NCBI GenBank assembly: GCA_003693705.1
Contig: RBZT01000261.1
Span: 29,667-93,666 of the forward strand
Direction of reading: 5' to 3'
From: Polymyxa betae A26-41
Taxonomy: Eukaryota; Protista; Endomyxa: Phytomyxea
Length of the DNA stretch: 64,000 bases
Position 1 is the first letter of the stretch; each line of letters starts with the position of its first letter. Of this stretch, positions 13,674-26,877 are shown one piece after another. A model generated the notes under the pieces. It made no database searches. It saw nothing but the letters and a program-made list of their open reading frames with translations, and was not told where the DNA came from. The position numbers were made by a program, and so were the translations under genes.

Positions 13674-16359
13674 TTACTTGACAACTTTGGCCTTTTTACT
13701 CATTTTGTCTTGGGGGACTGCCTTGCTCTTGACAACGTCGGAGAAATCCATGGTCCCATGAATGGCATTATTTACAGTGACGAACGAACGAGAAACTCCT
13801 TTCGGTATCAAAGGTTTCTCCAGTTCAGCCTTTAAAGCCTGCCGTAAGCTTTCTTGCTCTGACTGCAAAAGATCAATATAATTAGGACCAGCACAAACAT
13901 CAGGAAGCAGTTTAACCGACCTCCTTTCTCTTTGCACTTCGATGATCGGTCATTTTCGGAGCCAGATCATCATCAAGGATGATATCCATCTCAGAAGCAT
14001 TCTTCTCGAACCAGTTTCGCTGTGATTGCAGGTTGACATTCGCCGACATGAAAATTGATAAATAACAGTACCTCAGAGGAGGACTTCTTGGTGGATGAAA
14101 GCAGTTTATCAAGTCTGGATGCCAACTTTACACGCCTCTTGATCGGATCTAACATGTTTAACTCGACTGGAAACTCAGGGATCTGAGACACATCATTATC
14201 CGAGTAAAACCACACACAGCAAACACCAATACCTTATGCTTGAGATCCTGAACATGTCGGTTATAAGCAGTCATCTCATTGGGACTCACCAAAATCAAGC
14301 TGTTAACAATGCTTAAGGCCACCATCATGAAAAAGCAATTTCTGAGAGATTACCTGAACCCAGATGCAGACGCTCTTCCAGTTCTTCCAGACCGATGTAC
14401 ATAAACGTCAGAACTAGGTGACAGCTGTGAAAAGTCAGCAGAGGTTACTAAAGAAAGACGACTGCAAACCTGATAATGAATGACATTGTCAACATTAGGT
14501 ACATCAATACCACGAGCTGCTACATCAGTACAAATCAGAACACAGTTCGACATTGTCTTGAATCGATCCAGGTTTTTCAAGCGCTGTCGCTGTTGCATAG
14601 ACGAATGCAGCGGATAGACCTGCGAAGGTGGATATTGAGCGAAGGGAGAGGGATAGAGATGATCATGAGCTGTACCGGAAGTGATAGAAGGGAGAACAGA
14701 CCATGGAAACGACGGACACTGGCGATGGAATTGGCAAATACGATCGTCCTGCCTGGATATTTATGAAGGAAATAATACACATAATAGTCCTTCTCTTCAG
14801 CCAGACATTGGATACGACCTTCAGTGATATCTGAAAGCAAACAGATTTGAATACCGGAAGAAAACACATGAAGCAAGAGAATCAGAAGGAAAGCAACGAT
14901 AAACATCAACAGAATTGTGAAATCGCCAATAATGGATTTGCAGAGATCCATCCATTGTATAAATACACAGCGTAAATCAGTGAAAAACTGAAAGAAAACA
15001 TTTTTGGAAACAATTCGCTGAACCGATTCGAAAGCAGCTTAATTGAGAGCGGAAACAGTTGCAAATGATGTTGGATCGTACTGGACGATGCCTTCATACT
15101 TACTTGATGCAACTCGCGTCTTGGTCGTGACATCGACAATCGCAGGTTTACCTCGGAAATTGATACGTCCGACCAGATCGTCTAACGAGGATCTCGCGGC
15201 CGCCCTGCACACACACGATCACCTTTAATCATCCGATCACGAAAACCCGCTCCAAATCATGCTCACCCAGTTCGTGCTGATTTCGGTTTCATTCTTGTAT
15301 CAGCTGATGTCATGGTAGCCGATAGCAGGACGGTCTGAGGAGCGGCTCGTTGCCGGTCCAGTACGGCCAGGATGCGGTCCAGCTCCCGATAGCATCCCTG
15401 TGCTACCATACGATCTGCTTCATCAATAACCAGGAATTGTAGAGCGCTGAAATCCAGGGCGGCACCAAGATCAGGATCAGCGCCACCATCACCGATCAGA
15501 TCCCAAATACGACCTGGAGTCGCTACCACGATCTCGGGACGCTTCATCAACAGACGTTTCTGTTTAGCGGCGGCCAGACCACCAACACATGATGCAATCT
15601 GCAATCAATAATGCATCAGCAATGCGATACATCGAACTTGAGCGATAAAGAATTCGATTCGAAAAAGAAAATCCGAAAAAGGTTTCGGAACCTGAATATT
15701 TGTGAATCGAGCAACAGCTTTAAGATGTTGAACGATCTGGAGAGCTAATTCACGGGTCGGGCTCAGGACCAGGCCCAGAATCTTCCCAGGACGTGATGTC
15801 GTGGATAACGATCTCGATAACATCGGCAGACCAAATGCCAACGTCTTTCCGGATCCCTAAAACATCAACAACGATCAGGGCGATGGAACGCGGGCAGCAA
15901 ACAGGGAGCGAGGACCGTTTCAGCGGCGGCGATGGCGTCCTTTCTGAATCTAATGAGTGGATTTGCAAGACTTAATTGAATATGTGTTGGTTCATAAAAT
16001 CCAAGTTCAGATAGACCACGAAGTAGACGTCGATCTAGATCAAAAGGTAGCCATGATGCCATAACAGAATCATCAAAATCGTCATTCTCGACTTCAGCAA
16101 TGGCGCCCAATAGTTCAGGGTCAGCGATGGGAATGTCCTCGGCAGAGGATGGTTTCGATTGCGGTGATAATGATGATGATGGTTGTTGTATAGAATCAGG
16201 AGATGTTAAAGCACGGAATTGATCTCCTTTAATCTCATCTAATTGTATCATACCATGAAGTCCATCATCATCTGATATTAATGATAGATCTGCATTAACT
16301 GATGTCCATGGTAGGCTATCCCATGGACCGGGCGCTGGACGAGCTCGCTTTCGCCCCAT
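13674..16359 (-). CDS. DDX24: DEAD-box RNA helicase, DDX24/Mak5 type
   Basis: Q motif [20 protein letters not shown] across an intron, [29 protein letters not shown] and [34 protein letters not shown] is typical of Mak5/DDX24. Start MGRKRARP at 16359. Confidence 0.9.
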
Positions 16360-16405
16360 CAAAGAGAAATGAAATCCGCCACGGAGTCCGCCCTCATGTA
16401 GACCT

Positions 16406-16555
16406 CGGGGGGGGGGGGGGGAAAGGAAAAGGAAAAGAAAAAAGGAAAGAAAAAAAGAAATAGGAAAGAAAAAGAAAAGGGAAGGGAAAAAAAAAGGAAA
16501 AGTAAAGAAAAAGAAAAAGAAAAAAAGAGAANNGGGGGGGGGGGGGGGGGGGGGA
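16406..16555. other. Low-complexity poly-G/purine tract containing Ns; probable assembly gap or read-end artefact
   Basis: Two G homopolymers flank an A/G-only stretch with 'nn' at about 16532. Confidence 0.85.
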
Positions 16556-16709
16556 CTCCGTATCATTTTGGCATTCAGAGGCACGTGCACGGGGGTAACG
16601 TTTGGTCCGATTATGATGTCATGTCCAGCATGTAACGTGACATGAGTCGGGCGCAGCCCGGACCGTCAGTTCGCCACGTTACAGTGCCAGTCGGGTAACG
16701 TGCTGAATC

Positions 16710-19700
16710 ATGACGACTCTGCGTCCGAACTTGAATGATGGTCCTGGACCTGGATTTGCAGCTAATCGTCGTCTGCGAATCTCGGTCGCGACCAGTACGG
16801 TCTTGGCCACCGTCACCACGGATACGACCGCGCCGTCGTTCGCCGAACGTCGCCGTCGTACTCGAAATCTGTCTCCCATCAAGTCTCTGTATAAACATGC
16901 ACCTGGTGCGTCATTCGCAGAACGACGACGACGACGACGTTCTGATCGTGTTAACGATCATGATGATGAAGTTACTATTGGACCAGATACACAGACAGAT
17001 GTTATTATATCAGAAACTTCTCCAGATCATGATATTGGGGCTGTTATACAACCTATCACATCTAATATCAATAATCAACAAGTGGTGGTCGCCATCCCCA
17101 AACCGATCACCACGACGGAGGCGGTCACGGCAGTTGCTGATCCGGACCCTTTCCGGGGCGTACTGGCCTTGTTCGATTGTCAGCTAAGTTGAGATCTATA
17201 TCCCATCTGCATGTTCTCTATCACTAAATCTGATAATTATGTATAGCGGAGACTATATGGTCATGGATTCAGGAACTTCGTGGTGTTCATCGTCAACGTA
17301 ATAAGACATTACAATTGGTATGTTATATAGATAAACAGGGGTTTATATATATATGAAAGAGCTGGAGTTCACCAATTCATTACAAGGAACTCGATCGGGT
17401 CGTCATACCGCCCCATTGGCGTCAGGCGGATCCGGACGCGATCGCCGACATGCTGGCCCAGTACCCAGCCGATCCGATTCTGGCTCTATCGAATCTACAG
17501 ACGTCGCTACTCGATGAAGTCGTCCCATGTGTCAATCCGGTCGTTCGCGTCACGATCGTCGATATCCGGGACGGGACGTACTGGCCCAAGCGGCATCCGG
17601 ACTGGTCGGTGGTGGCCCATTACGAATCAGGTCAGATCTGGCTGATTGGCTCTGACATTCATCCAATGATGGGTCGCGGCGTTCGCGCGCCTCTCCATAT
17701 CTGACTGGGTCGTACAGGCCCCGGTGCTCGCCTGATTCTACCAAATCAGACGCATCCGTGGTCCAGTTGTGGTCGGCGCGTACTGGCCCCGTCCTGGCCC
17801 GATCCGATTCTGTTCAATGAATCATTGATACACTTCTTCGATCCTCATGTTCTCATTCTATTCGAGCTACTAGGTCAGTATGGCCGGTTTCCGGGTGGGT
17901 CGTACTGATCCCGGCCCTTTTGGGGGAATAGATGTTGGGGCCCATATTGACCTGGATCGATATGGAGAGGGAGTACGACCAATAGCCTGGGCGTTCCTAA
18001 AACCTCTTAATATACATGGTATACCTAATCATGGATATATAACATTACAGTTATATAATAGATTACAATTATATCCACTACGTATTAGACCAAATGTTCC
18101 ATCTGTATGATATCAATCTATATATTATTATATTATCAATTATTTAACTGTTGCTATATGGATGGGGATCTTATTCCTGATTTACCAACTGGTTTTTACC
18201 TTGTGTGTTAACATACAATATCATTAACTAATTTCATATCTAGGTATATTTTGAGTATATTGAACAGAAGAATACAAGATGGAGTCCATATACAGGTACA
18301 ATATCTCTATATCTACATGGTATTGCTCCATTACGTCCTCGTATTATTAAGGGACATCGTCCTATATTACCAACTGATATAGAACATGGACGTATTGATT
18401 TTCAGGTAGGCAGAGAGAGAGAGAGAGAGAGAAAGGGCCCAGATCTGTTCATTAACTAACTAATATCAATATCAGACTATGAAAGCGGATCTTCTCACCG
18501 ATATATCGATGCCGTCGGTCGTACCGGCCCGCGATGCGGGTCCATCCACGAGGAACACGACCATGCATACGATACGATCTGGTTCAGATTCATGTCTCAT
18601 ACCTAATAGACGTCTCTATAAACTACCAGCTGGATCATTGGGTGCATTCGCCATCGAATTCAGTCCGGATGGGCGTTCGCTGGCCTGTGCCGTGGGCGAG
18701 TACGTCCTGTTCCCCGTCAAGATCGTCGATGTCGAATCGGGTCTGGTACAGGGCGTACTGGCCGGCCATCACGACCTTATACATGATGTCGCATGGTCGA
18801 CTAACGCCAGGTTCTTGGTGACGGCATCGTCGGATCGCACCGCCAAGGTACGTACTGCCCCCCGTGTTGGTCGTTGTTGTTGTTGTGTAACGTGTGTTTG
18901 ATGGCAGGTCTGGTCCATAACCAGTAATCAGGCTGTAGTAACATTACAACATCCATGTTTTGTGTATCAATCGAAATTCTGTCCAATACCCCATGATGCT
19001 CCAGTACGTTCTGCGGTCGTACTGGAATTCTCCTGTCAACTGACTTTCCGATCGCTCAGAATCGTATGGTGATCACAGCCGGATCCGACGGCATCGTCCG
19101 TGTTTGGGACGGTACGACGGGATCGTTGATGTATGAATTATGTGGCCATCATTCTGCTGCAATACATTCTATAGCATTAGATATAGCTGGATTAAGGTAT
19201 GTGTGATGTATGATACTCTGTATATATATAGAGATATCCCTATACATATGTATCCATATTATCTATCTAACTATCATATATAGATTATGGACAGGAGATT
19301 GTAATGGTACAGTGATATCATGGGATAGAGATCTATCTTGTATAACCTCCAGATTCTGTCTATTACATCATCTTCAATATCCTGATCTACATTCTATACC
19401 TATCACATGTCTACGATATGATTCAAGCAATGATCTACTTGGTATATTAGCTCGTAATAGCACTCTATACATATTCGGAGCACGCAGGTAACATAGAGTT
19501 CTTCATACACAGTTGCTGATCGAACTGATGCGTGGGCAGGTACGACCTGCGACAGACGTTGACCGGAGCCATCTGCACGAAATCGTCAATACGATTTGTG
19601 TTCTCTCCGGATGGGCAATACGTCCTGTCGGGATCTGAAGATGGTGATCTCTATGTCTGGAAGACATCTGGGGCCGTACTCGAGGCCAGGATTGAACCAG

Positions 19701-19955
19701 GTCGGAATGTTAGGGTTTAGGGTTTCTATAAGGTGCTCATGATAGCCATTGTGCAGGATTCCAGACGGCATCGTTCGCTGTGAGTTGGAGTCCTACCCAG
19801 CATATCATTGCAGCAGCATCGTTCGGTGCTGATTATCCAGTCTATGTATATGATTGTGTTGTAGATCAGCATAGAGAAGGACATCGACCTATTGATGTTT
19901 CCAGAAGATCTACAGATGCATCATCATTAGCAATGATAATGCCACGTGCTCTTTA
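16710..19955 (+). CDS. AHI1: Jouberin/AHI1-like ciliary transition-zone WD40 protein (no SH3 domain seen); both ends approximate
   Basis: NPVVRVTIVDIRDGTY...VVAHYE, ILFNE...ILFELL, IAWAFLKP...LQLY and CLIPNRRLYKLPAGSLGAFAIEFSPDGRSLA parallel Jouberin. WD40 repeats follow (GHHDLIHDVAWS, SPDGQYVLSGSEDG). Confidence 0.85.
18412..18432. repeat. (AG)n microsatellite inside an AHI1 intron
   Basis: About 10 AG units directly after the gtaggc donor. Confidence 0.95.
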
Positions 19956-20550
19956 GTCAATTATTTTGCAATACTATTTAATTTAATCAAGGAAATAATA
20001 AATGTAAATACTATTCCATAGCTATATGTTTTCATTAGCAGCTATTGACCTATCGCTCACCACAATGACTCTGAAGCTGTACACTTTTAAGCCTGTTCAT
20101 AACAATTCCTGCCTACCTGATAAGAGCTGAAACTTGCCGTTCAAGCTTTTTCGATGAGTCTGAGCAGATACCTGTTGCTATTATTGCACCTAGCCTAGAA
20201 TTGATACACGATAATCCAATGGTAGCATCAGCTGGAGATAGTAGAATGTAGACCATCACATGTAAATAGAGGATATGCACAGAACCAGCTTCTGCATAAA
20301 GCTTTGACCTGAAATATTGTAGACCATCTGACCGCAGTAGCCGATGTTCCAAAGCGATTCCAATTCATCACTCAATCTTTTAATGAAAACTGATAGCGCG
20401 CTATTGCAAACCAAGCCGATCTTGGTGATGATCCTGATGAATAAACAGGGACCTGGATGAGATAATCAGATAGGTATGTTGTATCTATTTGTCGCATCAG
20501 ATTTTATTCTTGTCCGGGAACCCTCTATTGGCTCCGTTGATATCGTCATC

Positions 20551-21237
20551 ATGTCGTCGTCATGCCAAAAGCTGAGTCTGTCAAAATATCGCAAGCATAC
20601 CATTGCACAGCACATCAATCATGTTGCCAATAATGCCAGATTCGTGATGCTGGCTCACTGGAACAGCACGGCCGCCTTCGAACAGGCTCGTCGGGCTTGG
20701 AGGGCCGCCAACATTCAATCATCGATTGTGAAAGTAATCGCGATGAAAGGCGTTTATTGTTATGGTGACGCATTGAGCGACGATGCTAGGTGAGGGTTGG
20801 CAGGGTTGGATTCAAAGATACTCGCGCCTCGTTCCTGATCCCATGCCTACGAGGTCCGACCGCTCTGGTTTATGCTGATAAAACCAGCGATGATGATCGG
20901 CTCGGCCAGAAACTGATTTGTCAGGCAGCGAAACCTGCTCTAGACTCCAACGACATCATGTTCATTGCGGCGTCGTTGGACGGTATGATGATTAATCGCG
21001 AGCAAGCCCAGGTCGGTGATCTATCGTTGGGAAATGGGTTCCGAGCTAATACGTTTAGAGCAGTATTTACAAAAGGCGCGATCAACTCCAGATCAAGACC
21101 TTGGTGCAGCGTTGTCCAACCTGCCTATGTACTCATTGCCTCGTTTATGCAGGACCAACATTGACGAAATCGCTCGTATCATGGAATTCCATCGCGATCG
21201 TCTTCAGGAACCCCCCTCCGCCGATGGCGAGGCGTAG
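20551..21237 (+). CDS. Probable mitochondrial ribosomal protein uL10
   Basis: Basic N-terminus, ...IQSSIVK|VRVGR...FLIPCLRGPTALVY...FIAASLDG fits the uL10 pattern (L.G.TA.V). Two short introns. Confidence 0.6.
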
Positions 21238-21341
21238 CTCATGCCTATTGCTGGGATTTATTACATTAAAAACAAAGCCACTTCAGATCGTCATATGCTC
21301 TCAGTTCTCTCACTAAAATCTGACAATGCTCAGGCAATCGT

Positions 21342-24080
21342 TCAATTCATTTCAGCATCAGCAACGATGATATTGGTGTTGTGATCGTGGAATGGGTTGG
21401 TTTCGATGGCGATGCCCAGCATTTTTAGCTCTATCTTCCTGCATTTTTTCTCCCATTGTCTCCGTTCCCTTGAAACTGCTACCTCGGCCTTATCCAGCTC
21501 CAGTTCTAAACGCGTCAACTGTTTCCTGAGGTTCTGTTCCTCTTCATTTGCCTGCTGTAGATGTATTTCTTTCTCGATCACATTCTGTTCCAGAATTGCA
21601 ATTGTTGAACGTAGCTCTGAAGATTGACTGTTGTTGGATTCGAACTGATGCTTTAGTCCTTTGACGTGTTCGCGAAGCCGATTTGCCTCTGATTCGAAAG
21701 TTCTCGCTTTGCTTTGCGAAACAGCTGTTTCGTCTCGAAGGTCTCGAATCGTTTTTTGGAGCTGATTTACGCTTGAATTGTGCGATCTTTGTATCTGCTC
21801 TATTTTGTCGTCGTAATCTCGTTGTATTCGAACATTTTTGGATTCGATTTTATCTCTCATATCATTTAAGTCCTGAATCCGATCATGCAAAGCGGCAATT
21901 TCCTTGTCCTTCGAGGTTTTCAAAACTTCATTTTGTTGCTGGAGTTGTGCTTGTGCTGCGCTATATTTTGCGATTTCGTTTAGAAGATCTTGCTTTGCTT
22001 TCTTCAACTCATTTTCGGCATTATTTAGTTTTTCTGTCAAAGATTTGCATTCTGAACGCCGCTCTCGTAATGATTCTGCTATCTGCGAAAGCTTGTCTTC
22101 GCAAATATCTCTTTCTTCTTCATATTGTTGTGTTTTCAACTAAAACATTTCATTAATCTCTGCGATCATTTCTGGTTGCTACAAGACCTTTAGCTCGTTT
22201 TCTAACTGACCATCCTTCTTCATCATCGTTTCTAGGCGGCTTTCTAAACGAACAATCTGAGCGCGGGCTTCGTTGAGAGTATCTCCAATCTCGTTTTGTA
22301 CCCGAATTGAAGTCTCCTGCATATGCTGAAAACTACATTGGAGAATTTCTTGTAAGTCGACAATATTATGATTCAGGATCATACTTTTTCATGGCAGACT
22401 GAGCGCGTCGATCGGCAATATCTCTGCTGTTTTCAAGCTCAGCGCATTTCGTTTGCAGTTGCTTGATATCTTCGAAAAGTTGTGACTCTTTGGCATTAGC
22501 TGTCGCAATAGCTTTTGATAGAGCGCTGGAGCTGCTTGAACGCAAAGACTGCAGAGCATCAGACAGCTGCTCGCACTCTGATTTTCTCTGATCGCAATTC
22601 AATTCATAAAATGAATGCATGATAGAATATCAATTACCTGCTTCTCAGCATGTTCCGCTCGTTGTACAGCCTCGTCGCGTTTGAGTGTGGCATCAAGAAA
22701 AGAGCATTTCAATTCGCCCAATTCTGACATGAGTTTCAGATTTGAAGTATTGAGATCTTCAATGCTCTTTTCTAAATTCTTTATTGTACAGAGCATTCCT
22801 GTTTTCTGTTGATTGCTTGAATTTAGCAGATTCTATAAGTCTCTTACCTTGTAGATCTGAGTCCTTTGAACCGATTATCTGCGTCTGCTGTCTGTTTTGT
22901 TCTAGAGAATCTTGAAGTAATTGATTTAGATGTCTCGCTTCTCCAGACGATTGCGTGTATTGAGTGTGCAATGTTGTCAGCTCACTTTTCAGCTCGTGGA
23001 TGCATTTCTCACTTTCGACTTCGTGCTCTTTCAACAGTTGCTTAAATTGCTCTGCATCCTTTGAACGACCCTGAAGCTCGACTTGAAGCTGCAGACTATC
23101 TTCTTGGGCTGATTTCATATGCCTTATAGCGTCCTCAGTCTGCTTTCTGTTAAAGGAAAGCTCCTTCTGCAGAGCCTCAATCTGGATCTCCATATCACTC
23201 ATCTGCGAAACTTTCATTTCATAGTTATTGATATCATTCCTATTTTGAGTTACTATCCGCAGCTACGAAAGAAGCAGCCAATTACCTCAGAGAAATTATA
23301 ATGGTGTCTCGTTCTTCGAGAAGAGTTCTAGTGCCATCCAGTTCTCGACGAGACTCTAATTCTTGTGTCCGTAACAGATGGTTTTCATCTCCCAACAGGG
23401 AACATCGTTGGTTAAGTTCATGAAGCTCGCTACTATCCATGATACCGCCTGAGTGCCCTCCGTCATCAAACCGCTGAACCAATTTTACAATATGTTCTTC
23501 CTAGAATGAACTTTAGATGCACAATAATCTCAACCATGAGACCTCTGTTACAAGCTCTGATTCTAGCTCTTCATTGCGAGCAACGAGCCGATTGAGGTCC
23601 GATTTCAAATTTTGCAGATCACGGCGAAGCTCGGCATTGGCGGTGTTAGCTTGAGCTAATTGAGAATCATATGTGACCAATAAAGGAGATCTACGAGAAT
23701 TTCAAAGAAACTCGATTTGTAATTAGAAGCTGGTACATGTATTGTTGATTGACAGTCCAAGGCGCCAGGTCATCGTTGTCATTGTCGATTGCCACCAGAA
23801 CGTCAGGAAGTTTCATTTGATAGGCTTTCAATTCGGCTTCCAATCGAGCAGCTAAACATCGCCTCCCGCAACATTCATATGCAATCCATTACGGTTGTGA
23901 AAGCTTACAATATGTTTTCAAAAAGTCCCTTTGAGATTCAGCCAGGTGCAGTTGGCGCAGTGTAGCATCGCGGTCGGCGAAGGCCAGTGATTGCTGCTGC
24001 ACCTGAGCGGCCTGAGTTGGCTGGACGAGATCAGCATCAGGAGGATATGATTGTCGTAATGATTGGGCTCCAATCATCAC
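21342..24080 (-). CDS. CEP89: CEP89/CCDC123-like centriolar coiled-coil protein
   Basis: The spliced N-terminal part reads APWTVNQQY.SPLLVTYDSQL...NEELESEL...ELHELNQRCSLLGDENHLL, resembling the conserved CEP89 block (PPW...YLSPLL.AYE...ENEEL...L.EEN.LL). A long coiled coil follows. Confidence 0.65.
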
Positions 24081-24300
24081 TTTTTAATCAAATCACAATA
24101 AGATTACGATACCAATGATTTGTACAACTCAACTGACAAGTGACGTTACATCACAGTCAAGTCATAGCATAACCCCATGAGGCCATGACCCATATGACTG
24201 GGACATTTCGCTTGAAAGCAACCTGCCGTTCCAAAACCATGCAATCTTGGTCAGTGGACGTAGGTAGGGATCTCGATGAATGGAAACAAAAGTTTTATTC

Positions 24301-26023
24301 TTATACTAAGAGCTCGCTGCTATTGTCAACTAGGATTTGATACCCATTAAGAGCACAGTGGTCAATAATGGCTGGTTCTGGTACGCTTGGCATGTGGCTC
24401 TCAGGCGACATGATTCGGGAGATGCCGAGCCCAACAACGGCCACAGCATATAATGTCGAGATTAGCATGTGCAGCGTAACTAGAACACGAGCACTGCTAC
24501 TGATCGCCCAAACGTCTCCATAGCCGGTTGTGCTCTGGACTACTGTGCTGAAGAATAACAGCGTCCATGCTCGACGTTCCAGGCCATATTTTACTCCTGG
24601 AGTTCCATCTAATGATGAAATTCGGAATGCTGCTGGACCTTGAACCAACGATAGCAGCAGGTAGAAATGGGCGAATATCATAACAGTCGCGATCACCGAT
24701 TGAAGCAAGAAAGAGAAATCGATATAGTTGACGTTGATTTTGTGGACGACTCGAACTGACATCGATATTACAACAATTGCCTATGAAAGCACAGTTGGTG
24801 ATAAATCTGCAACATTTCGACTGACAGTCTTACCTGAATGAGTCCGATGAACGCCAGGGCGTAGAGCGTTGTCCTAGATGTCGGAGATGTGAGGTTCGTT
24901 TCGTCACCAATGACTAGTTTGATGATAATTAAAGATGTCATTGAAGTCGTTATCACAAAAACTGCAAGATATCGAATCAAGAACTTCCGACATCTCTCCA
25001 GGCCTAATTATAAACACTAAACTGAAGTTCTGCCAATGACTTTAAATGCGACCTGGAATACGTTCCCTCATTTGCTTGAGCAGGCGCTGAAACAGATTTC
25101 GGTTCATGCGTGCATGTTCCCTTCTTAGCTGAACTTCTTCAAGATCGAACGCTTTCTGAAAGTGAGAGCACAATATAGCAAATATGCCAATATTATACAT
25201 TGTTCCAAGACACATTTGCAATGCAGCCAACGTTTGTCCAGGCCATTCCAAAGCGTACACATCACCGAATCCTTGATTAATCATGTTGATAAGCAGACAC
25301 AATGTGACAAGCGCGGAAAAACCGACCTGTACTTGAGATGGTGGCCACCGAGTAGTAAACCAAACTAATAATGGATTGCCCGAGTGTTATCGGATTGATA
25401 TCAATGTGATAGCTACTCGGATGGATGGTAAATGCTAACAAATGGAATCCAGAAAATGCGATGATCACTGCAATATACGTCTGTCCAATTCGCTTCATAG
25501 AGGGAATACCATGCAATATCATGTGGAATGTATGCTTTAGAAATGCAGCTAGGACCATGGCTTGCAGCACCTGAGGTTTATCAGCAAGTTTAGTAAAACC
25601 CATATTGTGTCGTACCTGGCAAACTGCCAAGCTAATCAGAGTCCTGTGATCAGGCTGCTGTGGAATAGCATTTGATCCATTCCAAACAATTATGATCGCG
25701 ATTGCTTGTAAGACCAAACTTGTTTCGACACAATAAATAAATAAAATTCTGTAAAAATTCCATAATGGCCCTGTACGCTCAGATTCAGCAGAAATCGGGC
25801 TATCGGATTATATGCATACCGTGCATATGAGTCTGAATATCAGGACTATCGTTCCTTCGAATAGTAAGGAGTGTATCCCCTGAAGATGACACTTTCAATG
25901 ATTCGCAGCCAGAACTAGATGTGATATAAACCGACTGGGATTTGGGCAATGCTTATGATAGTCCTTCTCGAAACTCCATGCCTGGTACAGCTGATTAATG
26001 AGATTCGATCTATCCTGGATCAT
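24301..26023 (-). CDS. Potassium channel with two pore domains; start codon uncertain
   Basis: Pore 1 is YYSVATISST|GFGDVYA (spliced) and pore 2 is FFSTVVQSTTGYGDVWA. Each is flanked by hydrophobic helices. Confidence 0.85.
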
Positions 26024-26033
26024 AGTAGCGCGA

Positions 26034-26766
26034 ATGTCCTCTGTGTTGCATGCAGTCGAATATGTTGGGCAGCGATCTTCATGGGACTGTGCTATCGCCT
26101 GCAGTGCCATGGTCTGCAGGTCATACGATAGCGAACGACCTCTCAGCTGCTGACGACTGATCTGGTCATAGGGCGCTGGCGCTGACCTGGTCCTATACCG
26201 ACCTGGTTCTGCAATGCCAGACGACGACAGTGTGGACAATAGATATTCTGCTAGCTCTATATAGATCCGGTGTGAAAGCTATTATGTATACTATACATGT
26301 GGGAGCTGATAGACGGCATGAGGCCAAGCCATATTATCAGGCGTCTTTCAGGCAGGATTCCCAAAGAGTTGGGCAGCTTTTCCTGGATGCTCGTCGCCTT
26401 GGGATTTCGATCACCGCTCATGCATTGACTTCATCGGAATTGGTCACTTTGATTACCGAGAAGTCAGCCGTTGTTATTCTGCTGATCGACCAAAAGGTTC
26501 TTCATCAGGAACGCAATTCGCAGCCTGGCGGCCCGAATTCGTTCGTAGGACACTATATCTTATTGATTGGATTCCAGCAAGATTCGTCAGGAAACGAAAT
26601 TTTTTGCTATTTAGATCCAGCAGCCCCTCCAGCTCCGTTTTCGTATAGTACGATAACGGTCCACGAGTTGGATCTAGCGCGGATGTCGCCTGGGACGGAT
26701 CAGGACGCAATCGTCATAGACATCACACAGAAAGCCAAGATGTATTCATATTACGGCATTGAATGA
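26034..26766 (+). CDS. GUCD1: GUCD1 family protein (peptidase C39-like fold)
   Basis: Exon 1 reads MSSVLHAVEYVGQRSSWDCAIACSAMVCR, followed by an intron at about 26120-26171. Exon 2 contains VWTID, GHYILLIG, DPA and ARMSPGTDQD. Confidence 0.9.
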
Positions 26767-26877
26767 TTAATAAATAAGTAAAGAGATAAACTCTCGTAGT
26801 TTTGAATTCTTGGCTCAACTCGAAGAAGAAAATGCAAAGGCATCTATGACGGGCCAGGACTCCAACACCTGTTTGCA

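Noticed and set aside
15865-16590. 241-aa ORF with a poly-P/poly-F N-terminus
   Set aside because: The extension translates the N-containing low-complexity tract; the real DDX24 start is probably 16359.
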